Source of the DNA: Antedon mediterranea | Lineage: Eukaryota; Animalia; Echinodermata | Assembly (NCBI RefSeq): GCF_964355755.1 | Contig: NC_092674.1 | Coordinates: forward strand, 24,180,001-24,244,000 | DNA length: 64,000 nucleotides | Reading direction: 5' to 3' | Shown: one piece after another, positions 1-10,440 of the stretch | Numbering within the stretch: position 1 is the first letter of the stretch | Layout of the letters: every line of letters begins with the position of its first letter | Program-made: the position numbers and the translations under genes | The notes under the pieces: generated by a model | Seen by the model: only the letters and a program-made list of their open reading frames with translations | The model's database searches: none | What the model was told of the DNA's origin: nothing

Positions 1-93
1 TGATTGTTAACTGTCTATAACTTCGCTTGTCATTGGTTAAAACGCTTGCGTTGCGTTTACGTCCTTGCGTTACGTTCTAGTGGGAACCAAGCT
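1..93. mobile_element. Right end of a PIF/Harbinger-like MITE (AGCTTGGTTCCCACTAG family), truncated by the window edge
   Basis: Ends CTAGTGGGAACCAAGCT followed by TTA. The same terminus occurs in the complete copy at 19162-19357; degenerate copies lie near 34174-34343, 57781-57920 and 62970-63082. Confidence 0.65.
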
Positions 94-1155
94 TTACAGC
101 GATGGATCATTTTAATAGCTGCGCCACGGCGAACTAGCCGGCCTACATGCCTACTAATACTAGTAGGCCTACAAGCTAGATGTGACCATTGGACCTATTT
201 ATTTCGTAATTAAATTTGCTGCTTCATTCATATATAAACTTTATATATTTATGAATTATAATTGCATGACTAGTTTTAATTTTTATGATTTTTCAAGTAC
301 AAAATAAAAGATTTCATATAATGCATTTATACTGTACATAACATCATTTGATTTGAAGTTGATTTGTTGACAGCAGCCGCCGTGCGGATGTGAAAAAAAA
401 AAAAACAGAACTGTTCGGGAGAAGTCGGTGTCGCAACGCTACGCTATTCATTTTCGTACATTTCTTGAAATACGCAAGCTGATTCTTATCGATATCATAA
501 TAATTATTTTAACGCTTGGCGTAATTATTAATTCATGTATGGCCTAGGCCAAGTTTCATCCATCGCTCTCTCCCCCGCGCGACGACTAACTAGGCCACAG
601 CAAAGATATCTTTGGCTACACAGTACATCCCTAGTTAACACTCCGACTCTCGGGTAATGTGGTGCGCGGTCTGTGGCACTAGTGCAAGCTATAATTACTT
701 CGCTCTGGGCATGCGCAATAGCGTGTCGGATTCCCTAACGATGGGAAGTTGAGTTGCGGTGCCGGAATCCTAATCACGGCGTAATATTTATTCAATTCAA
801 TATTAAAGTTAAGAACTATAAATACCAACCTTTTGTATATAAAAATATTGATCATCCATTAGATTTTTCTCGTTTGATTCACATAGAAAAGATTATAGGC
901 CTACATGTACTTCATTATTTTGTACTCTAGCTAGGCATAGGCCTAAGGGCCTTATTAGCTAGGCCTACAATCTGAAATAAAGAAAGCGAGTAAGTTTAAC
1001 AAATAGCCGTCCTAGGCTAGCAGCATGTGTTTTAGCAGCTACTGTAGACAGCCTAGCAGAAAGCTAGCTAGGCCAACTAATTATATATTATGTTATATTT
1101 ATGTATACTTTTGGATAAATAAAGAAAGTATTGAACTAAAAGGCCTAATTGTAAT

Positions 1156-2782
1156 GGTTTACAGCCGAAACGGCCGCCGACTGAAACGGCCGCCAATTAA
1201 AAAACAATTGAATGTATGAAACTCTGCGTGTGCCGTTTGTCATACAACGTGTAATCAAAACGACGTGGGGTTTAATACAATTGTTTTACTTTTTTTTCCG
1301 ATTGAAATGACTTTAGACGTATGTGACTTAATAAATATTAACAGATAGGCCTAGATGTTTTTAATTATTATTTTTATTTTACATTACATTAAATATATTA
1401 ATTATTATTAAAAACGGCCGCCGACTGTTTTGCCTATTTCAACTTCAATAATTGATATAAGAGTAGGCCTATTTGTTTGAATACGTTAAATAAATTTAGA
1501 ATGGTGAATTATTATAATAAACATTATTTTAATAAAAACTTAACTAAAAAATATGTTTAACAGTTTATTCTTTGATTTTATTCTTAAACATATATTGGTT
1601 GGTTTCATTTATTTGTCCCTCCATCGTGGTTTCATAGGCTTTACTGTACGTTTATAATACTGCATTGGCTTGTTGAAGCTTCAGCGGTATTGATAGTTGA
1701 TAGTTGATAACTTTATTTCGTCCACATAGGAAAATATTTTGAGTGCTTTTCACAAAATTGTACAAAAATATATAAAAACGTTTCATATAAAAAAAAATTA
1801 ATTACAATATTTAAAAACACTATATATTATTTAACAATGTACAAGTATGAACATAAGACTACAATTAACTAAATAAAAAATAAAAAGCTGCAATACATCA
1901 AAAATTTCAAAAATTATGCAAAATCATTTAACAGTCTAATAGAATACGGAACAAAAGAATTAAAATATCGCATAACCCTACTATTGCACGATCTCAGCAC
2001 ATTTAGTCTTTTTGATCTCATTTTAACATAATGTTTATTTAAAGGGTGGTTTGAGTCGTCGCATATTTTCATAGCCTTATTTCTTATGATTTTGTTGCAA
2101 AGGTCATCCAAATTATGTCTAGATCCTGTGATCCTACCTACTTTATTTAATATTCGTTGTAATCTGGTTTTTTCTTCTGTTCTACATCCACAGAACCAGG
2201 CAACACAACAGAAAGTGAGCACACTCTCAACAATCGAAGAGTAAAATAAATTTAATACAGTTCTATCTACCCCATAATTTCTCAGTTTTCTGAGAAAGAA
2301 CAGTCGTGTATTTCCTTTTTTTATAGTATTTTTACAGTGTTTCTCCCAGCTAAATTTGTTATCAACAGTCACACCTAGGTATTTGTAGCTTTCAACAGAT
2401 TCAATTTCCTGATTATTAATTTTTAGGGGAGCCAGAGCAGTACATTTTTTTCGAAAATCAATTATTACTTCTTTGGTTTTCTTTTCATTTAGCAAGAGGC
2501 AATTTGCCTTACACCAATTCGAAAAAGCAACGATTTCATCATGATATTCAGTTTCACTAGCTCTGTTTTTTAATAGGCCAACAATGGCGGTTTCATCCGC
2601 GTATTTTAAATAATGTATGCTACTAGAAGTTGACTTACAGTCATTGGTATATAAAATAAATAGGAGGGGGCTTAACACACATCCTTGGGGTGATCCTATA
2701 TTTGTGTCTAAAACATGACCGAAAATGATCGTCCCATAGAAAATGTTGGCGGCCGTTTCAGTCGGCGGCCGTTTCGGTCACC
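1156..2782. mobile_element. Non-autonomous TIR element A (GG...CC ends, 8 bp target duplication; Merlin-like) carrying a LINE fragment
   Basis: Left end GGTTTACAGCCGAAACGGCCGCCGACTGAAACGGCCGCCAA is inverted at the right end (TTGGCGGCCGTTTCAGTCGGCGGCCGTTTCGGTCACC). Flanks are ATTGTAAT (1148-1155) and ATTGTAAC (2783-2790). Confidence 0.7.
1690..2708 (-). mobile_element. 5'-truncated non-LTR retrotransposon, Rex/Babar-like (CR1/L2 group), C-terminal half of RT
   Basis: ORF 1914-2678 extends upstream to GSPQGCVLSPLLFILYTND. It has YADE (degenerate YADD), YKYLG and a C-terminal HPL...NSFVPYSIRLLN. The 3' end has AATAAA then an (ACTATCA)n tail at about 1690-1712. Confidence 0.85.
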
Positions 2783-2790
2783 ATTGTAAC

Positions 2791-3614
2791 GGGATATGAC
2801 CGGTTGGGCCGCCGACAAGTTGAGCCGTCGGTAATTTCTATGAAACGCCCAGTGCGTCTTTTACGACATTTCGCGTAGTGATAGAGGGGTGTCCTAGTAC
2901 ATAAGTTCATGGTCTTTAGGTTTATTGTGTCATGAAAATAAATAATAATTACATACTACAATTTTGTTGGTTTGAACAGCCATAACAACACAGCAAAGGA
3001 AAGTAGTCATATTTAATAATTTAATTGTTTTTAATCTTTCAAATCTTTCAAATTCTTTCAAGTGCAGTGCACTCCATAATATTTTTCTCGCGTAAAATCA
3101 TGTTGTCTCTCAGGACTAATAGAGTATTGATACTCTTCGAATGAGGTTAAATAATAATTATTTTTTATCTACTATCTTTTAATATCATATTTTATTGAAT
3201 TTTACAATGTTAATACACAAAATATTTTACTAAAAAACGGTGATTTTATGCAATTATTTTACCGAAAAATGGAGTAGGCCTAGTTCATACAACTGCCGCC
3301 TAAGGGGGCAACATGTTTACGTCATTTTTGGCTAAAAACGATCATTTTCGGTCATGTTTTAGGCCTTATATTTTGGAATCTACAAGTCAGATATTCATAA
3401 TTATTTCTCTTTAATTATAATATTTAATAATATATACTAAAAACCGTGATATATAAACTTTGGAATATACATCGTTATATCTAATAATTAATATAAATAG
3501 AACTTCTATTAAATAGAAACGAGCACCGGCGAAAGTAAGCATTTGGCGTTTCATAGAAAATAACGTTTTTCTGGCGGCGGCTCAACTTGTCGGCGGCTCA
3601 ACTTGGCCTAATCC
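2791..3614. mobile_element. Non-autonomous TIR element B (GG...CC ends, 8 bp target duplication; Merlin-like)
   Basis: Left GGGATATGACCGGTTGGGCCGCCGACAAGTTGAGCCG versus right CGGCTCAACTTGTCGGCGGCTCAACTTGGCCTAATCC. ATTGTAAC lies on both sides (2783-2790, 3615-3622). Confidence 0.72.
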
Positions 3615-3702
3615 ATTGTAACTAATACATACCATTTTATAACCATAATAAGTACAGTACTGTAGTTATCCTTGGCAAGGCAAATGTTTGCCCTTGACAT
3701 GC

Positions 3703-3745
3703 ATAATACCATAGAGATATTATAGTAATATCTCTATGATAATAC
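3703..3745. other. 29 bp palindrome between 7 bp direct repeats; probable P-superfamily excision footprint or minimal element
   Basis: ATAATAC-CATAGAGATATTA-TAG-TAATATCTCTATG-ATAATAC. Confidence 0.6.
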
Positions 3746-4254
3746 TAAATGCTTCCACTAGGCCTAGTGAGTGAATTCAGTTCATCAGTTTGGCAGCCTG
3801 CCTAGCCTATTAGCCTAGCCTACCAGGCTAATAGCCTAGGCCTAGCTATGCATGTGTGGCCTACTAGACTAGAGGCTAGCTATTGATAAGGGTAAAATAG
3901 TCAAGCTCAAAGCTTATAAATTAGTAGATTACAAATAAAAAAGATTGTTTTCCTACCTCAAAACATACTTATTTGACAATTTCAATGATGAGCCTTTTTT
4001 TTCTACACACCACTGATGTCGAAGTAACTGAAATTACTGACACCAGTTTCAAAATTTTATCAAAACGAAACTAACCAATGACAAGCTCGTATCTTATGAA
4101 ATTTGATCTTGCAAAGGATCATTCAATTTTCAACACAACTTCTAGAACATTTTTGTATTATACAGAGACAATAATATTTGCCAATCTAAAATTCCTAAAT
4201 AACCAATAATCATTTGTTTTACAATAAATGATGATAAAATAAACCGCCAACTGA

Positions 4255-6074
4255 AATCTAATGTTAATTTAACGTTGAAACATCAATGGCACCGCACTTA
4301 AACACACATTATTTAATATTAAACGTTAAAAACATGTCATTTTAACCAAAGTATTAAATAGAATTTATCTTTAAATTAACGTTTGAAAAACAAAAATAAT
4401 AATTGTTTGAAAAAACAACATAATTTCAAGAGTTTTTCAACGTTGAAAACATGTCATTTGAAAATGACAACTGGATTTCAACGTTAAAATAACGTTGGAA
4501 TAACATTGAAAAACAAAAATAATAACTGTTTGAAAAAAAATACTAGTTAGAAATACAATGTTATTTCAACGTTGGATCAACATTGATAAATTAACGTAAA
4601 TTACTAGTTAGAAAGACAATGTTATTTCAACGTTGGATCAACATTGATAAATTAACATAAATTTCTAGTTAAAAATACAATGTTATTTCAACGTTGGATC
4701 AACATTGATAAATTAACGTAAATTTCTAGATATAAATACAATGTTATTTCAACGTTGTATCAACATTGATAAATTAACGTAAATTACTAGTTAGAAAGAC
4801 AATGTTATTTCAACGTTGGATCAACATTAATAAATTAACGTAAATTTCTAGTTAAAAATACAATGTTATTTCAACGTTGGAACAACATTAATAAATTCAC
4901 GTAATTTCTAGTTAAAAATACAATGTTATTTCAACGTTAGATCAACATTGATAAATTAACGTAAATTACTAGTTAAAAATACAATGTTATTTCAACGTTC
5001 GATCAACATTGATAAATTAACGTAAATTACTAGTTAAAAATACAATGTTATTTCAACGTTGGATCAACATTAATAAATTAACGTAAATTTCTAGTTAAAA
5101 ATACTATGTGATTTTAACGTTGGATCAACATTGATAAATTAACGTAAGTTTCTAGTTAAAAATACTATGTGATTTTAACGTTGGATCAACATTGATAAAT
5201 TAACGTAAATTACTAGTTAGAAAGACAATGTTATTTCAACGTTGGATCAACATTGATAATAAAACGAAAATTTCTAGTTAGAAATACAATGTTATTTCAA
5301 CGTTGGATCAACATTGATAAATTAACGTAAATTTCTAGTTAGAAAGACAATGTTATTTCAACGTTAAATCAACATTGATAAATTAACGTAAATTACTAGT
5401 TAGAAAGACAATGTTATTTCAACGTTGGATCAACATTGATAATAAAACGTAAATTTCTAGTTAGAAATACAAATGTTATTTCAACGTTGGATCAACATTG
5501 ACAAATTAACGTAAATTTCTAGTTAAAAATACAATGTTATTTCAACGTTGGATCAACATTGACAAATTAACGTAAATTACTAGTTAGAAAGACAATGTTA
5601 TTTCAATGTTAAATCAACATTGATAAATTAACGTAAATTACTAGTTAGAAGGACAATGTTATTTTAACGTTGGATCAACATTGATAAATTAACGTAAATT
5701 TCTAGTTAAAAATACAATGTTATCTCAATGTTGAATCAACATGAATAAATTAACGTAAAACATTTGTTTGAAAAACAATGTTATTTCAACGTTGGATCAA
5801 CATTGATAAATTAACGTAAAACATTTGTTAGAAAGACAATGTTATTTCAACGTTAAATCAACATTTATTAATTAACATAAATTACTAGTTTAAAAGAAAA
5901 TGTTATTTCAACGTTGATTCAATGTTTATTACTAAACGTAAAAAAAATAGTTAGGGAAAAAATGTTATTTCAACGTTGATTCAACGTTTGAAATACGCTG
6001 ACAACATGATTTCAACAAATCAACTATATTTCAACGTTGATTCAACGTTGAAATTATGTTCTGTGCCCACTGGG
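4255..6074. repeat. 61-62 bp minisatellite (over 20 units) ending in a CCCAGTGGGCACAG-type terminus; probably one end of an EnSpm/CACTA-like DNA element
   Basis: Unit is approximately AATGTTATTTCAACGTTGGATCAACATTGATAAATTAACGTAAATTTCTAGTTAAAAATAC. It is regular over about 4545-5990 and degenerate at the edges. The region ends CTGTGCCCACTGGG at 6061-6074; no partner terminus was found in the window. Confidence 0.8.
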
Positions 6075-6284
6075 ATAGCTACTACGCAGCAATTATGCAT
6101 AATTATTACAATAAGTATTATTATGCCGAAGAGAATAATAATACACAGAACATGGGATTGGTAACCTTTCCTTTAACATTACATTTTCGGATGAAGTGTC
6201 ATGTCGTGTACTATATTTCTCTTTTCGAGGTATAATTAACTCGCATTCAATTTGATATTTAACTATACATTTTGTTTTTAACAG

Positions 6285-8716
6285 AGCCAGTCTTCTAACT
6301 GGAAGGTATGCGATTCGCTCAGGTATCTGGGAACAGGGTAATTATTCTGTGTTTAATCAAGCATTGACGGGAGGATTACCTCATGACGAAGTGACAATAC
6401 CAGAGATGTTGGCTAAACAAGGTTACAAGTCTGCTCTGATTGGTAAATGGCATCTTGGTGTTGGACGCCACAAAGAATATCTTCCTTTACATCATGGGTT
6501 TGATGAGTATTTCGGGATACCTAATTCACATATGGATTGTCCATGTATCACGTGTTTTTATCCCAGTGACGACTGCAACTGCCAATCATGTCACGACTGG
6601 TTGGCACCATGCCAGTTAATGTATGGAGACGAAATCATCGAACAACCAGTGGATTTAACAGTTTTAAGCAGAAGAATGACAAGAACAGCTCGTAGTGTGA
6701 TTCAAAAATACTCTTGCACAGACACTCAATTTTTTCTTATATACTCGTTTTTCCATCCACATGTTCCACATTTTGCTGGTAAAACATACAGAAATTCTAC
6801 AACGGGCGGGGTTTATATGGATTCTTTAGCGGAACTAGATTGGCAAGTAGGGGAGGTGATGGATGAACTAAAGAAAAGCGGAGTGATCGAAAATACGCTT
6901 GTCATTTTCACATCAGATAATGGGTACCGTACCGTTTTACCCGTTACTTAGGTCTACTCTAATATCTTCGTTGTATTGGTTGTAATACATTTTAATAAAT
7001 ATTTATTTAAATCAACGGATACTTAATTACTTAATTTGTAGGCCTATTGTAAATTTCTCCCATATACAGATAGTTTGTTTTTGTAGACCTATGTGTATAT
7101 TTTGTAATTACAGACCGCTTTTAACCGAAATAGAAGAGGGTGGTTCCTCTGGCATCATGGCTTGTGGTAAAGGTTCTACATTTGAAGGTGGGACACGCGT
7201 TCCTACTATAGCTTATTGGAAAGACAAAATTTCTAGTGGAATTTCAACACAATTCTTCAGTCATCTCGACATCTGGCCAACACTTTGTACTCTCAGTGGT
7301 TCTTCACCAGATGACTTTGACGTCACATTGGATGGGTTTGACTTTTCTGATGCAATCCTAAATAATGGAAAAGTAAGATATATATCCTTTCGTCCGTTGG
7401 TTCCTTGTATTATTGAGGGCGTGTGGCGCAGTGTGTTGGACGCTGGACTACCGATCGTCAGACCTAGGTTCGAATCCAACTCTCGCCGCATTGCTTGTAT
7501 CCGTAGGCAAGATACTTTACTTACGTTGCCTCTCTCCACCCAGGTGTTTAAATGGGTACCCAGTTAGATCTAGACACAACTTTGCGCTGGTTACCGGCTG
7601 CATTATGGAAGTATGTTTCCATACGTGTTTGATCCCAAAAAATACTGGGGTAATAATGCTTGTAAAGCGCCTTTGAGCATGATTAATCATGAAAAGGGCG
7701 CTATATAAATGTGGTTTTATTATTATTATTATTATTGATGATGTCATACACAAATCTTCTAATTGTAACCCTGGGTTGTTATTTTTTGATTGTCTTATAG
7801 GGTGGGTCACTATTAGAAGGGGAATTACTATTAGAGTAGTGGGCTGTTATTATTACTAATTTTAAATAAGGCACCTGAAAATAGTAACCTATACCCCCAA
7901 CTTTTCTGGTCAGCAACTCATAACAAAATAATAAAACAGTACGAATAAACACACCCAACTCTAACTTTATTTTATGAACTCAAAAACTCTCAATCCTCCC
8001 CCACTCCCGATATCAACATGCATTATCTCCTTATTTTCAAAATACGGCTGCATCATATGTTTTTGTGACTCTGTTAGCAACCCCATGTGTTACTATTAAT
8101 GTAGTGGGGGTTATTATAGATTGACTTATAAGGTGGGTTACTATTAGAATGTGGGTTAGGCCTACTATTAGAAGATTTACGGTATCTATAAAATAAGCAA
8201 ATCATTATATTTCGTGGATCTAAAATAGCCTTTTATGTCTGTTTTTACTTTCAGACTCATCGTCATTCAATGCTTTATTATAACTCCATTCATCTACCAT
8301 ATGCTGTCCGAAATAAAAAATACAAAGCTCATATTTTAAATAATCGTGAAGTTACAGATGTAGACCTTTGTGTACCTGGTGATACAGTACATGTCAGTCC
8401 TCCATTTTTGTTTGATGTCCTTCTCGATTCCGGAGAGATTAACAACTTAGGAAATTTAACTGAATACAAGCATATCATACTGGAAATGGAAAACCTATGG
8501 AAAACTGAATTGGAAAAAGTTGAGGTTAGACCAAGTGTGTTGTTAGGTTATGATGAAAGTGCACAGCTTTGTTGTGATCCAGGGTGTGAACCATACCCCG
8601 AGTGCTGTAGCTGTCCCTCAAATTACACAATTGAAATGTTTCCATTAACGGAGAATTGTAACCTTCAACCGTTACCTCTGAGTGAAAATCACCAGAACAG
8701 AAAAAACGAGTGCTAA
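6285..8716 (+). CDS. Arylsulfatase A-like sulfatase, last three coding exons (6285-6923, 7114-7372, 8255-8716); 5' exons not seen
   Basis: Motifs: (R)ASLLTGRY, GYKSALIGKWHLG, GFDEYFG, HPHVP, FTSDNG, GKGSTFEGGTRVP, LDGFD and an ARSA-like Cys-rich tail QLCCDPGCEPYPECCSC. GT-AG junctions keep frame. The catalytic CxPxR is split by the upstream intron. Confidence 0.9.
7415..7736 (+). mobile_element. tRNA-derived SINE with CORE-like middle and L2-like 3' tail, in a sulfatase intron
   Basis: A box TGGCGCAGTG and B box GGTTCGAATCC. Middle GGCAAGATACTTTAC...CCACCCAGGTGTTTAAATGGGTACC. Tail TGTAAAGCGCCTTTGAG...GCGCTATATAAAT followed by (ATT)n. Confidence 0.85.
7749..8182. mobile_element. Degenerate Tc1/mariner/pogo-like MITE
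   Basis: TA-CACAAATCTTCTAATTGTA at the left versus TACTATTAGAAGATTTACGG-TA at the right; internal repeats of the motif ACTATTAGA. Confidence 0.55.
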
Positions 8717-9152
8717 AACTCATGCGTAACAATGAATGTTTAAAACATTTTTTTTAGGTTGGCCTACATTATTTATATATTGTTTGAAGGTTTGCATGAC
8801 GAAATCAAATGTTGATTTATATCTACATTATTTAGTTATAGTGATTGTCTATAGTATAAATATCATGTATAAAAGTTACTGCTTAATTCATATGTTATAG
8901 TTTTGCTGTCTAAAAGTCAGCACTAACATTTAGGTTTGGTGGTGGCAATGGGGAATATGTTAAAACATTCTCGGCGTGGTACGGCGGAACAGCACTAGTC
9001 CTCAGTTGTACGCACGCGCACCAGCGATCAAATTGATACGCCCTCATCTTACAGTATTTTTATTCACGAGGCGGGATCTCAGAAGAGATACTTTTATATA
9101 TATATGAGATCATGTTCCGAATATGAGCACTGTTTCTATAATTTACAGTATG

Positions 9153-10417
9153 TGTAAAGTATTGAAATATAATAGAACGCCCTCTATAATTTTGTGGATG
9201 TTGCTCCTAGGTCTAATATATAGGGGTGTGACCAAATTCCAGGAGAGATGAATTTTGGGTTTGAACAGCGACACATCTCCAACTCGACACTTTTCTAATT
9301 TTTTGTTGTGACAAATTGTTTATTTGGAACTTGTTTGTAACTTTTACAACTTGTTTATAACTTTGAAAGCTTGGTTAATTGTATGAAACATTTATGTGTA
9401 ATTTGGCAACATTTGTGATTTCGACAACCTTGTTACTTTTTATATGTAAGTTGATTCCGATTTTTTCTTTATAGAATACTTTATGTTTATAATGTTGAAT
9501 AATCGATTATGACGTTATTGGGCTCGTGAGAGTCTGTATCATTATCGATATACAGTAGTTGTTTTAATCACATATATATTATCGTTCATACCGTAGGTAG
9601 GCTATAAACTATAACTATGCATTATATACCGTATATATATTTCTTGCCTTTGTTGATATTAGTGATTGTTTTAAATTCTCCAGTTGCGATAAGGATTTAA
9701 TATGTCTAATTAGGATGTTTTTTATGATATTATTGATACATTATAGCAGTTGTATGCTATTTAGAATAACCTACTGTAGTTTGGAAATCTATACATCATT
9801 TGTATTAAGGTATAACGATTATAAAGTGTAATGCCTGAGTGGTGCCTCATTTCGATTCATTGGAGGGCAATTTAAGTTTTTGGTTGCCAATAGCAACTGG
9901 ATAGTTGAGAGGGGATGGGTTATAAATTATAAACAAGGATCGCTTTATTTATATTGCAGCTGTTTTGAACTGGGAGTAGTTCAAGTGCATCTGTTTACTG
10001 TGATTGGTATATTTGAGGCGTCAAAGTCAAGTAGGTTTATATTTTGAACCCCATGGCTCGTTTTAACTTGTAGTGGTAATTGATAAGGAATACGTTTGTT
10101 ACTTGTTGCTTTAATGGTAACATTGTTGTGATCGCTATTCTATTGATATGTTTATATTAATTTTAATTGGTACACTTATACACCTTTTCATTTAACTCAT
10201 TATAATATCGCTGTAACTTCTTGAATAACGTTGTATTCTGTAACACATTATAGAAAGTAATGTAGTTTCCTTTATCTTCTTTTAGTCACCAGAACAGAAC
10301 GGAAGATCGGTCTATTGTAAATAAATTGTAGATATTGTATTTGCTGGATCAGTGTCTTTTGTTATCTGCGTCGATTGACCACACACGCCACCAAGCGAAC
10401 TCGCGTAGTACGCTACA
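9153..10417 (+). repeat. 5' LTR
   Basis: Direct repeat of 15833-17097. The only difference seen is 9943 C versus 16623 A. Confidence 0.97.
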
Positions 10418-10440
10418 GTGATTGACTAGCCTATACGAGT

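Noticed and set aside
594-623. Second P-like footprint (CAAAGATATCTTTG palindrome)
   Set aside because: The flanks GCCACAG / GCTACAC are not a clean duplication and the arms are only 7 bp; too weak to call.
4545-5990. CRISPR-like regular array
   Set aside because: Units are contiguous near-identical repeats with no unique spacers, there are no cas genes and the context is eukaryotic. The same applies to 24480-24628 and 39177-39940.
7415-7490. tRNA gene
   Set aside because: It has A and B boxes but no complete cloverleaf or T-run terminator, and it continues into CORE-like and L2-like tail sequence, so it is a SINE head.
8970-8999. Helitron 3' end (GC-rich hairpin plus CTAG|T)
   Set aside because: The hairpin is imperfect, and no 5' end or second copy is visible.
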